A DNA stretch of 64,000 bases from an uncultured bacterium. Its GTDB lineage: Bacteria; CAYUVA01. Each line of letters starts with the position of its first letter. Position 1 is the first letter of the stretch. The stretch covers positions 1 to 64,000 of the forward strand of contig CAYUVA010000001.1 in the NCBI GenBank assembly GCA_964448115.1, written 5' to 3'. Below the pieces are notes generated by a model. That model was not told the DNA's origin and ran no database searches. It worked only from the letters and a program-made list of their open reading frames with translations. This document shows positions 40,870 to 49,453 of this stretch, piece after piece. The translations under genes were made by a program, and so were the position numbers.

Positions 40870-41001
40870 CTATAAGAAAATAATTCTTTTTAGGTTGATA
40901 TTTTTTAAAGGAATATTTGTAGGTTCAAATAGCATCCTTAAACCATAAATATTATCTTCTGGATAGAAATCTCCATGATTGCCGTCATCCTTCAGGTAAT
41001 A
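40870..41001 (-). pseudogene. Fragment of a surface-protein gene (LxDDGxHGD motif)
   Basis: Manual translation YYLKDDGNHGDFYPEDNIYGLRMLFEP..., a motif seen in choice-of-anchor-X-like domains; starts just beyond the IS630 remnant. Confidence 0.4.
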
Positions 41002-41020
41002 AGATATTCTAATTGATATG

Positions 41021-41125
41021 TCATAAATAGCGACATCCACAAAGTGTCATAAACCGCTCCACAGAAATCTCCCTTAGCGCACTTTGAACTGCCTCCATTA
41101 GATCTTCTAATCGAAACTGAGGCAA
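41021..41125 (-). mobile_element. IS630-family transposase C-terminal remnant
   Basis: Manual translation LPQFRLEDLMEAVQSALREISVERFMTLCGCRYL* resembles IS630 C-termini (LE.L...V...L.......SLC.C.YL). Confidence 0.5.
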
Positions 41126-41126
41126 T

Positions 41127-42392
41127 TTATTCACTGCTAAAACCAAATAAGCGCTCTGCATTATCATGTAAAACAAGACTTAACTGTTCTGATAAAAGGC
41201 CACATGCTCTCACAAACGCAAGTTCACGTGCAATAACTCTGTCTCTGTATCCTTTCACCAAGCCAAAAGGGTGGTCAGATCCAAATAATACACGCTCCGG
41301 TCCAACAATCCCCACGAGCTTCCTAATGACGGTAGCATCCCATACTGTACTTGTATTAAAGTACACCTCGCCAAAGTTATAGAGCCCATGCGCAACTTCT
41401 ATTACCCCTTTTCCAGAGAAGGGAATGTTCCTTCCGCTGTGACAAAGAAGGATTTTTAGATTTGGAATCTTCCCTAGGGTGTATTTAATACGGTCCACCT
41501 TGTCCTGCATATGGGGATGTAACATTAGCGGTACACCCTTCTCAGCAATCTTCTTATACTGCTTCAGGTAAGTGTCTCTATAGCAACGCATTAGATAGGA
41601 GTTCTCTTTGAATCCGCATGCACCTTTTTTTAACCAATAATCAATGTCAGCAGAAATAAGTGGAAGGAAGCGAAAGCGGTCTGGATATTTTTGATAGGCT
41701 TCATAAATGTAATTAGTCACCTTATTAGGATCAACTTGGTTTGAGGGAAAGGGTAGGATCACAGACTTGCTAATTCCCGCTGAGTCCATAACATTTAATA
41801 ACCTACTCGTGGTGTTAGAGAATTCAAATTGGGTAGATATTCCTGAATTTGTATTTTGAAAATTTGGTGGAAAGAGTTCTTTGGGACATAAATTAACATG
41901 ACAGTCGATAATTTTATGTTTATTAATAGGTGTCACCTCGGCTCTCCAATACTTTATTTTTCCTTTTGGTGTTGAATTAACCATCTTCATTCCCATCTTG
42001 AGATTGAGCTGAGCCACACTCTCATTTTCACTGAGACTTTTTGCTTCGAGACCGCGGCACTTGGTTTCAGTGAGTAGATGAAGAAACAGAAGAACACCTA
42101 CGCCCTTACCTCTGTATGTTGAATTGACAATTACTTCTTCTATGAAATAGCTACCGTTCTTCTGATCCTTCTTGTGTAAAGTACCAACAATTTTTCCCTC
42201 CAACTCCGCAACTACAACGTGTCCTTGAGGCGATCCGCAATCAGCTTTAAGTCGTCGCAACTTATCTCCTCTCCCAAGGGCAAGTAATTTATATCCATCT
42301 TGGTCTAATTGAGCCAATTCAACAATCAAATTGGCTTCATCAGCTCTAGAGAAGCGAGTCTCTACAGCTAGGTTTTTTTTCAGGGAATTCAT
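41127..42392 (-). CDS. GNAT acetyltransferase fused to amidohydrolase_2 domain
   Basis: VNSTYRGKGVG (acetyl-CoA motif A), then IIDCHVN, LHPH, HSG, VLFGSDHPF. GAGGAAG RBS precedes ATG 42392. Confidence 0.82.
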   Translation of the reverse strand: MNSLKKNLAVETRFSRADEANLIVELAQLDQDGYKLLALGRGDKLRRLKADCGSPQGHVVVAELEGKIVGTLHKKDQKNGSYFIEEVIVNSTYRGKGVGVLLFLHLLTETKCRGLEAKSLSENESVAQLNLKMGMKMVNSTPKGKIKYWRAEVTPINKHKIIDCHVNLCPKELFPPNFQNTNSGISTQFEFSNTTSRLLNVMDSAGISKSVILPFPSNQVDPNKVTNYIYEAYQKYPDRFRFLPLISADIDYWLKKGACGFKENSYLMRCYRDTYLKQYKKIAEKGVPLMLHPHMQDKVDRIKYTLGKIPNLKILLCHSGRNIPFSGKGVIEVAHGLYNFGEVYFNTSTVWDATVIRKLVGIVGPERVLFGSDHPFGLVKGYRDRVIARELAFVRACGLLSEQLSLVLHDNAERLFGFSSE

Positions 42393-42531
42393 TTTCGCTT
42401 CCTCTAATCTCAAAATGTTTTTTCGTCATATTACCTATTAATTTAATTATTAGTGTCTTCTTGTCAAGTTTTTTTCCAGAGATCATTTTGAGTTAGACAA
42501 ACAAGACCTTTAATGCTTTAGTTAGCTATAG

Positions 42532-43875
42532 TTATAAAAAACTCAAAGAGTATGGAGCTCCAAAACGCCGTATCTTTTTTTCAAGTCTCATCTTATGTTC
42601 ATGACGGTCATGGAAACGCAGCGTCGCCTCGTGGCAAAACTTTATGATGTCATCCCCACGCACAGGAGAAAGCCCCCGTTCGTAGGAAGCAAGCACATTG
42701 AACTCATTTGCACCGATCAGTCCCCTATTGTGTGCCATTTGCCAAAGCTGTGAACCATGTGTGTAACCAAGTACCTTGAGTTTCACGGTATCAAGAGGGA
42801 GAGAAAGGATAAAATCTAGAGTTCGATTCATGTCTTCAAGTGTCTCCTCTGGAGCACCAAAGATGAAGTTACCCACGGTGAAAATACCCACACTGTTACA
42901 TGTTTCTATTGCACGAACTATTGTATCTACATTCAAGGGCTTGCAATAGAAACGAAGCACTGATGCGTTGCTAGATTCTAGACCGAAGCTAATAGCTCTC
43001 ACGCCCGCTTTCCTCATTAGTAAGTACAACTCCTTATCGTGCTCGTTTGCCCAACCACTGAGTGTGATTTCAAGGCGTAGTTTCATTCTAAGAATACGTT
43101 CCATAATCTCCTGAACCCGACGCCGATCAAACAGGAAATTATCATCAATGATCGCTACTGTCCGGTAGTTCTGCTGCTGCAAGTAGGACAGTTCATCAAC
43201 AACTGACTCAACATCTCGGGTACGGTAAAGGTGTCCTGATATGCTAGGCCTAGCACAAAAGGTGCAGCGACCTGCACATCCCCTAGCGGTAAGTAATGTG
43301 GTGCAAAACTTGAGGAGTAGTTTGCGAGAAGGGCTAGAACTCTTAAGTAACCTCCGTGCCGGGTATGGAAAATCATCCAAATTTTTGGGCAACAGGTCTT
43401 CTGTAGTTGCAGTAATGGTTCCACTGGAAGGAACTACAATGCCGGGTACTGTAGGAAACTCCCCATTTAAAAGTTGCTCCAGCAGTTCAGAAATACGATT
43501 TTCGCCTTCGCCTACCATACCATAATCCGCGAATTGTGGAATTGCTTGTCTCAGAGTTATGTCTGGTCCTCCTACTAGTATAATCGCGTCGGATTTCTGC
43601 TGTCTAATCCGTGAAACCACAGTCTGACCTGCTTGCCTCGAGTATCCGGCTATGCTAACGCAAAAAATCCAGTTTCTATCTATAAATGAATTCCATACAC
43701 TTTTCTGATTGAGATCTTCCTCAGTATCAAGAAAACATATTTGTGGAATCCATCCATGCTGGTGGAGACAAGAGCAGAGGTACAGAACACCAATAGGGAT
43801 ACCGAAACGCTTCGACTTATCGATGTCGGGCCAAGGAATGATAAAACCTACTTGTCGCTCACGGACTTTATTCAC
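42532..43875 (-). CDS. Cobalamin-binding radical SAM enzyme (class B methyltransferase-like)
   Basis: PIGVLYL, VGGPDIT, GEGE B12-domain motifs; RGCAGRCTFC (CxxxCxxC); DDNF; GLES; FIFGAPEET. Confidence 0.88.
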   Translation of the reverse strand: MNKVRERQVGFIIPWPDIDKSKRFGIPIGVLYLCSCLHQHGWIPQICFLDTEEDLNQKSVWNSFIDRNWIFCVSIAGYSRQAGQTVVSRIRQQKSDAIILVGGPDITLRQAIPQFADYGMVGEGENRISELLEQLLNGEFPTVPGIVVPSSGTITATTEDLLPKNLDDFPYPARRLLKSSSPSRKLLLKFCTTLLTARGCAGRCTFCARPSISGHLYRTRDVESVVDELSYLQQQNYRTVAIIDDNFLFDRRRVQEIMERILRMKLRLEITLSGWANEHDKELYLLMRKAGVRAISFGLESSNASVLRFYCKPLNVDTIVRAIETCNSVGIFTVGNFIFGAPEETLEDMNRTLDFILSLPLDTVKLKVLGYTHGSQLWQMAHNRGLIGANEFNVLASYERGLSPVRGDDIIKFCHEATLRFHDRHEHKMRLEKKIRRFGAPYSLSFL

Positions 43876-43891
43876 TTCTAGTAGCTCTGAA

Positions 43892-45589
43892 TCAATCTGT
43901 TGGGTTCACTGAATTGTCTAAGTTGCAAAATTTACTTTTAGTCGTTGAATCCTGTAGCATCTTTATCTGTTCTTCAATGTTCATTGCTTTTGTAAAACTA
44001 CCTACTGTATACATCCGTTCCAGATAAATTTGATTGTCTCTGTCTCGAAAGGAGATATGCTGAGTGAATGTCTTTGCTGAGCATTCCAAGTGTTCAGCCC
44101 GAATATGACAGCCTCGCGTCTCCTCTCTCGCTAACGCTGCCGCAATCGCCATCGACAAAACGACTGCTTGGTTGCGAAGTGCAGGATTTGATATACCAAG
44201 AAGTGTCTGGGTTGCTAACTCTGCTCTTCGTAAAGACTGAGCTGTGCGTATCAACCCAAGTGAGTCATTTATTGAAGCATGTATAATCTCGTGGAAAGCC
44301 GTGACCTGCTTCAAAGAAAGCGAAGTCACTGTTTCAACAGAGTACAGCTGCCTTGAGACTAAGGAGTCTGGAATGCGTACCCCAGCATGGCTAAACTCTA
44401 AGCCCATCACATCCGAATGGCATTGAGAACATGCAGAGTAAACACGGCCAGCTCCCCATAGTCCAGACCGGCATTCTCCAATAGCATACAAACCAGGAAC
44501 TGTTGTTGCCATGTTTCTGTTCACAACCACTCCTCCCATGGTAAAATGGGCAGCGAATTCAACAGGAATGCCGGGCGATCTACGGAGAAGCTCAAACAAA
44601 GGAAGAAGAAGATCACGACGATTCCATTTCTTGTTAGGTAATCGTCCCAGCATGTTACTTATACCTTTTCTGATTGTATCAGCCTCCAAGATGGCACGAC
44701 GATTGGGAACGATTTTATAGTACCCATCAGGCTTGTTTAATCTATCAAAAGCTAGTGCCAGCGAGATAACCTCCTTTGGTGCTCGCTCTTTATGGTGTAT
44801 TCCGAGCTCAGTCAGTGGCGACGAATCATCTTGTCGACGGAGTTCACCCACTCCGAACACCGTAACGAGAAAGTGAAGATTCAATCTCCACTTCGTTGTC
44901 TTTTGTGAAACAGGTAAGAAAGGAACATACTGAATAAATTCCATGTCTGCGATTTGTGCACCTAAACGAGCTGCCGCTCCTATACCTTCCCCACGCGCGA
45001 AAGGACTCGCTGTGCTTTTCGAGAAAATACCAGCCCATCCTCCAGTCGCCAGGACAGTATAGGTTGCTACTATAGTAATAAGCGACCGACCAAGTCCCTT
45101 AAAAATTGCACCGCCACATAATTCTAGACCGCCTAGTAATTCAAGCAAACAAATATTAGATAAAACAGTAATATAGCGATGCTTTACAACCTCTACAGCG
45201 AGTCGCTGACACCACTCCCATCCAAAAAGGAAACCAGCACGACGAAATTCACTTCCATGCTCGTAACTCACTCTTCGAAACTGCAGGCCATACTTTGAGA
45301 GTTCGGATTCGACTTCACCACACCGACAGCAGTAGTCCCAAATGTGTTCGTCTCTATTAACCAGGAATCCCTCACAAGCAATGTCTGCTCTAAGGTGAGT
45401 GATAGTATCACCAGCATCCACATCGATCACGGTGAAATCAGCTCCCGCGATCCATGATGCTGAGCTTTCCGCAAGGCGACCCTTATGTGTTAAAATCGTT
45501 CTAAGTCCAATATTAGCTGCCTTCAGAGCAGCAAGCATTCCTGCAGCACCAGCTCCTACTATCAGAACATCCGTGTCAAAACGATTCAC
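43892..45589 (-). CDS. FAD-dependent oxidoreductase, SdhA/FrdA/NadB flavoprotein family
   Basis: DVLIVGAGAAG, LATGG, DMEFIQ, HFTMGG, PGLYAIGE, REETRGCH. Confidence 0.85.
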   Translation of the reverse strand: MNRFDTDVLIVGAGAAGMLAALKAANIGLRTILTHKGRLAESSASWIAGADFTVIDVDAGDTITHLRADIACEGFLVNRDEHIWDYCCRCGEVESELSKYGLQFRRVSYEHGSEFRRAGFLFGWEWCQRLAVEVVKHRYITVLSNICLLELLGGLELCGGAIFKGLGRSLITIVATYTVLATGGWAGIFSKSTASPFARGEGIGAAARLGAQIADMEFIQYVPFLPVSQKTTKWRLNLHFLVTVFGVGELRRQDDSSPLTELGIHHKERAPKEVISLALAFDRLNKPDGYYKIVPNRRAILEADTIRKGISNMLGRLPNKKWNRRDLLLPLFELLRRSPGIPVEFAAHFTMGGVVVNRNMATTVPGLYAIGECRSGLWGAGRVYSACSQCHSDVMGLEFSHAGVRIPDSLVSRQLYSVETVTSLSLKQVTAFHEIIHASINDSLGLIRTAQSLRRAELATQTLLGISNPALRNQAVVLSMAIAAALAREETRGCHIRAEHLECSAKTFTQHISFRDRDNQIYLERMYTVGSFTKAMNIEEQIKMLQDSTTKSKFCNLDNSVNPTD

Positions 45590-46134
45590 TGAAGTGCTTT
45601 CCTCCTCGCAGCAACTACAATTCCAAAGTGACGATGAGGTTGCCTATGCGATGAATCGATACCTGACCAAGAATGCGATAATATGATGGAGCACCTGTCC
45701 GGGGGGAAAATATCCTTTGGCTTGATGAGTGGTTGTCTGTCCAAAAATCCACCCCAAATAAAAAAACCGCCGACCATAAGGTTATGCCAACACATTCCAG
45801 CAACTTTTAGTTGCTCGGTGATTGACAAATGCTGGAATACATATAGGCAGACAATCATATCGTAAGGTCCTCCTCTGTAACAGCTACTATCTACCACATT
45901 TGCTAAATTTGCTTCGAGTCCAAGTTGACAACACAGTTTTACTGATGTCTCGTTGAGATCCACGCAATAAACCTTCCAGCCTAGTCCTTGAAGGTAGGTG
46001 GCATTGCTTCCATTACCCGCACCTAGATCTAGACAGCGACCGGGTTTGATAACCTTTGCTAATCTTTTTAAAAAGGGATTTACCTTATGGTTTAAGTAAT
46101 ATCCATCTAATGTGTATGAATTCAGCTCTCTCAT
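45586..46134 (-). CDS. Class I SAM-dependent methyltransferase (TehB-like)
   Basis: LDLGAGNGSNA, VDLN, YDMIVC. Start moved to MRELNS (46134), just after the creatininase stop. Confidence 0.8.
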   Translation of the reverse strand: MRELNSYTLDGYYLNHKVNPFLKRLAKVIKPGRCLDLGAGNGSNATYLQGLGWKVYCVDLNETSVKLCCQLGLEANLANVVDSSCYRGGPYDMIVCLYVFQHLSITEQLKVAGMCWHNLMVGGFFIWGGFLDRQPLIKPKDIFPPDRCSIILSHSWSGIDSSHRQPHRHFGIVVAARRKALQ

Positions 46135-46138
46135 TGCT

Positions 46139-46921
46139 TTAAGCTGGGGGAATTTTGTCCCACTCTTCGAGTAAACTCTGCAAGTGAATAATCCACTTTT
46201 CAATAAACTCTGCTGACTGACCAACCGCCTTCCGCGGATCTAAGGTCGATATTACACCCGTTTGAGTTATCCGCTTAGTTCGGGCCGGGAGACACGCGTC
46301 TAAAAGGGATCGCTTTATGGAATCACTGGGAGTGCCAAGTAGCGATTTAATGTGAGGTTGCAGATCCTTGGATGGCTCAAGGTGTTTTAGAGCACTGCGA
46401 TCAACTAACTCAGGCAATAGTGTGAGAACAAAGTCAGTTTCAGAATGACCAGCATGAATGTCTAAATCCTCATATCTTCGCTTAAGGATTGAGTAGGGGG
46501 GTTCAGGTATGACTATCTGGACTCCTTCATGACTTAGAGCAATCTGCTGGCGAGCAAGCTGCAGCGTAGGGATATTGCCACCGTGGTGGTTTATCCATAG
46601 GAAGCGCTTTAAGCCGTGTAATATAAGAGATTCTGTCAACTCCATAAGCAGTTTGAGTAGAGTCTCTGAGGAAATTGAAATAGTCCCCGGCCAATCGGCA
46701 TGGTGAAAACTGACCCCAAATGGGATGGCCGGCAGGAGAATTGCTCGGCACTGTTCGCATAATAAACGACATATTACCTCCGCACCCAGATAGTCTGTAC
46801 CTAGAGGTAGATGAGGACCATGCTGCTCTATTGAGCCTAATGGAAGAACTCCAACTACTTGTTTCTCTTTCTCAAGGATCTCTCGGAGTTGCATGGTTGT
46901 TAACTTCGTGAGCTCAATCAT
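46139..46921 (-). CDS. Creatininase family protein (MftE-like amidohydrolase/peptidase)
   Basis: PLGSIEQHGPHLPLGTD, GVSFHH...PGT, NHHGGN, HAGHSET. Confidence 0.92.
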   Translation of the reverse strand: MIELTKLTTMQLREILEKEKQVVGVLPLGSIEQHGPHLPLGTDYLGAEVICRLLCEQCRAILLPAIPFGVSFHHADWPGTISISSETLLKLLMELTESLILHGLKRFLWINHHGGNIPTLQLARQQIALSHEGVQIVIPEPPYSILKRRYEDLDIHAGHSETDFVLTLLPELVDRSALKHLEPSKDLQPHIKSLLGTPSDSIKRSLLDACLPARTKRITQTGVISTLDPRKAVGQSAEFIEKWIIHLQSLLEEWDKIPPA

Positions 46922-47987
46922 CAGTTAAATGACTATCGCTATGTTTCAGGTAAAAACACTGGGGATCTTCGTCCATAACATCTTGCGTTCTTGAGAAAGC
47001 AACCGCTCGACACCCGCCACAGAGAGCTACAAGGTCGCATCCATGGCATCGACCTTTAAGGTTATACTTGTTTCGAATCTTCCATAGAAGTTCGGATCCG
47101 TACCAGATCTTGAATATCGTGTCTGTCCTCAAATTCCCAATGGGAATCGGTAGCCGTCGACAAGGTAAAACGCTCAAGTCTGGCATGATAGTCATAGCAT
47201 CCAGACCAATAGAGCAACTCGCCCCCAACTGCAAAGTCGCTGGTAGATGGGACTGAGCCTTTGTGTGATTAGGATCCAGAGCAGCCCAAAGGGGGCGAAA
47301 CTTGAGGACCTTGAGGTTGCTACCAGAAGCATGGAGAATCTTTGAAGCCTGCCAAATGTCTAAATATGTATTCATAAGCTCGGATGCATTTAATATCTCT
47401 GTGCTTAAATGCTCACCTCTGCCGATGGGTACAAGCCGCTCTATGCTGATGCTGTCACAACCATAATCTCTGGCAAGCTCCAAGATGTCTCTTACCTGAT
47501 GTCTGTTGGATCGGAATAGCGTGAACATGATGCTGGTTGTAACTCCAGCATTTCGTAACGAGTTTAGGGCGGACAGGGCTTTTCTAAAAGTACCATTCCC
47601 TCGAATGGCATCGTGTACCTCCTCCGTCGCTCCGTCTAGTGATATTTGGATTCTTCGCAGGTGTGTAAAAGCCCTGCAACTCTTAGCTGTCCAATCGTCT
47701 ATAAGGATACCGTTCGAGAGAATATCGAAGAAGTCAAGCCATGGCTCATCATCAAGTCTCCTCAAAAGGTCATAAAGGTTTCTGATCAGGAACGGTTCTC
47801 CACCAGTCACTGCCACGCGCCCAGGTAAACGCCATTTCATCAAGGCTGTGCTGATGCGAGAAAGTACTAAGTTGAAATCGTCCAAGCTGATCGTGTCTTG
47901 ATAACCGTCACTATTCTGGTAGCAATGTTTGCAACGAAGATTACAGCTCTCCGTGAGGTGCCATTGAAAGTAAAACCGCCTTTCCAT
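46914..47987 (-). CDS. Radical SAM/SPASM peptide maturase
   Basis: CNLRCKHC, TGGEP, QISLDG...HDAIRG.GTF; SPASM CSIG...PC...IGNL...CHGC....CGGCRA...DPQC. Confidence 0.92.
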   Translation of the reverse strand: MERRFYFQWHLTESCNLRCKHCYQNSDGYQDTISLDDFNLVLSRISTALMKWRLPGRVAVTGGEPFLIRNLYDLLRRLDDEPWLDFFDILSNGILIDDWTAKSCRAFTHLRRIQISLDGATEEVHDAIRGNGTFRKALSALNSLRNAGVTTSIMFTLFRSNRHQVRDILELARDYGCDSISIERLVPIGRGEHLSTEILNASELMNTYLDIWQASKILHASGSNLKVLKFRPLWAALDPNHTKAQSHLPATLQLGASCSIGLDAMTIMPDLSVLPCRRLPIPIGNLRTDTIFKIWYGSELLWKIRNKYNLKGRCHGCDLVALCGGCRAVAFSRTQDVMDEDPQCFYLKHSDSHLTDD

Positions 47988-48800
47988 CTATTCCTCTTTT
48001 CGCGACATAAGGAGTGCTCTCCATGCCCAAGCAGAACCCTCATCTATGTGATGGCATTGCCAAAGTCCAAATGGTTTTTGAGTTTCACAGAGGAATCGAA
48101 TTCCAGCTTTACACACTGCTTCCATCTTCAAGCTCGAGTTGTAGTTCAAAGCGAGGATTGCCAATCCAGTGTAAAGTGTCTGGGAACCAATGGGATGACC
48201 ATTCCAAGGCGCCCAACCGCCATCTGCCTCTCTTTGATCAGCTAGCCAACCTTGGAGTCCTGGAACATCTGGATGGTCTTTATTGAGTGCGAGGATCACA
48301 TAAGCCGCCTTGTAGTTGGCACATAGTCCTCCCGTGCTTGATTGCAGTTCCTTTTGCCATTCGTCAAGCAACCATATTTGTGTGGTTCGTAGGATCATAT
48401 TGGGAAAAAGCATTCCTATCAGGCAAGTCACTGGAATCCTTGACATGTCTCGTCTTGACCTACCCCAGGCTCCGTTGCTATGACGGTCACTCTCTAAATT
48501 CTCCAAAGCTCGTTGAAGCAAGTCTTGCTCGCCAATCTCCTTGAAAAACGCAGCGCACCATAAAGTATCTACGGTATCTGCCCACCCTCCGTCAGCATGT
48601 TGACGCTGGGTAAGAAGATTTGTGATTCTTTGTTGCAAGCATAATGGGATATTGATTCCGCCGAGAGATAGAAGACACGCTAGACGTGCAACCCGGAGTG
48701 TTTCTATCTGCTTCCATGTCATCTCCTGTAGTAAATGAAATAAGGCTATCGAAGAACGGTGGATAGCCAAGTCAACGGGATTGGTTAATTCCCTTGGCAT
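47988..48800 (-). CDS. Prenyltransferase/squalene-cyclase repeat (alpha-alpha barrel) protein
   Basis: Four QW-type repeats: QHADGGW, RHSNGAW, QREADGGW, QKPFGLW. Start moved to MPRELTNP (48800) because the upstream extension overlaps the precursor gene. Confidence 0.8.
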   Translation of the reverse strand: MPRELTNPVDLAIHRSSIALFHLLQEMTWKQIETLRVARLACLLSLGGINIPLCLQQRITNLLTQRQHADGGWADTVDTLWCAAFFKEIGEQDLLQRALENLESDRHSNGAWGRSRRDMSRIPVTCLIGMLFPNMILRTTQIWLLDEWQKELQSSTGGLCANYKAAYVILALNKDHPDVPGLQGWLADQREADGGWAPWNGHPIGSQTLYTGLAILALNYNSSLKMEAVCKAGIRFLCETQKPFGLWQCHHIDEGSAWAWRALLMSRKEE

Positions 48801-48876
48801 CTCAGTTGTATAGACTAATATAAAACTAGACTTGTTAATGGAGCTTTTATGTACACCAATATTATATGTATGTTTG

Positions 48877-49053
48877 TTAATTGCATCCGTGGCAGTTGGT
48901 GCACCCAAAGCACCAGTTACCATTGTTGAAGCTCTCCCAGATTTCCTGAGGGAATAGAAGCCCTTCTTGCTTTTCGAGAACTGGAGTCTCGAACTTGAAT
49001 TTAGGTTCTTCCTTGACTGCCTCGCTAGTGGCTTGGAGTTCATATTCTTTCAT
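48877..49053 (-). CDS. Putative RiPP precursor peptide, 58 aa (not in ORF track)
   Basis: MKEYELQATSEAVKEEPKFKFETPVLEKQEGLLFPQEIWESFNNGNWCFGCTNCHGCN*. CAGGAGG RBS; ATGA overlap with the PqqD gene stop; acidic leader and Cys-rich core. Confidence 0.88.
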   Translation of the reverse strand: MKEYELQATSEAVKEEPKFKFETPVLEKQEGLLFPQEIWESFNNGNWCFGCTNCHGCN

Positions 49054-49382
49054 GGTTTTCCTCCTGTCTTGTTTATTAGTATAGCTAATTCTACACTCTT
49101 CTTCAATAGTTCCATAAGGTCTCCGACAGCTGAGTTAGGCAAGTTCTTGCACCGTAAACCGAATCTCTCTAGGGCAGACTTAAAGGAGCAAGCTTGCTGG
49201 AAACACATAAGGAACTGAAAGGATGTCTCATTTAGCTTGAAGTAGTCCCCAGATGCTGTATTGAAGCACCAGTATTGTTTTTCTCGTAGCGAGAGCTCCT
49301 GTAGAATAATATCGTTGCTCAGTTCATAGGTATCATTTGAATTGATGCTTTTCTCTCGCTGGTAGTCTATCTCTTTTTCCAT
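49050..49382 (-). CDS. PqqD-family RiPP recognition element (RRE) protein
   Basis: About 110 aa; beta3-alpha3 pattern with FNTASGDYFKLNETSFQFL and C-terminal DLMELL..SVELAILI, typical of PqqD. Start uncertain (49382 or 49436). Confidence 0.82.
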   Translation of the reverse strand: MEKEIDYQREKSINSNDTYELSNDIILQELSLREKQYWCFNTASGDYFKLNETSFQFLMCFQQACSFKSALERFGLRCKNLPNSAVGDLMELLKKSVELAILINKTGGKP

Positions 49383-49424
49383 AGTTCTGTCCGAAATTCT
49401 CTGTAACTTCGTTATCCTAATATC

Positions 49425-49453
49425 TAAATACATCATTCAATCTCTCATGTCAA
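49425..49453 (-). promoter_or_regulatory. Candidate sigma70 promoter of the RiPP operon
   Basis: Minus strand TTGACA-17 nt-TATTTA upstream of the PqqD gene. Confidence 0.45.

Noticed and set aside
48886-48903. CxxCH (CTNCH) in the small peptide as a c-type heme site
   Set aside because: No signal peptide and no cytochrome c maturation context; the RRE/rSAM neighbourhood explains the cysteines better.
48801-49043. N-terminal 81-aa extension of ORF 47988..49043 in the track
   Set aside because: It overlaps the RBS-supported precursor gene in another frame and reads as Ser/Lys-rich shadow sequence; the prenyltransferase-like protein more plausibly starts at 48800.
46139-49382. Calling the cluster mycofactocin or PQQ biosynthesis
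   Set aside because: The precursor lacks IDGxCGVY and ExxxY, and there are no MftD/MftF or PqqB/PqqC homologues.
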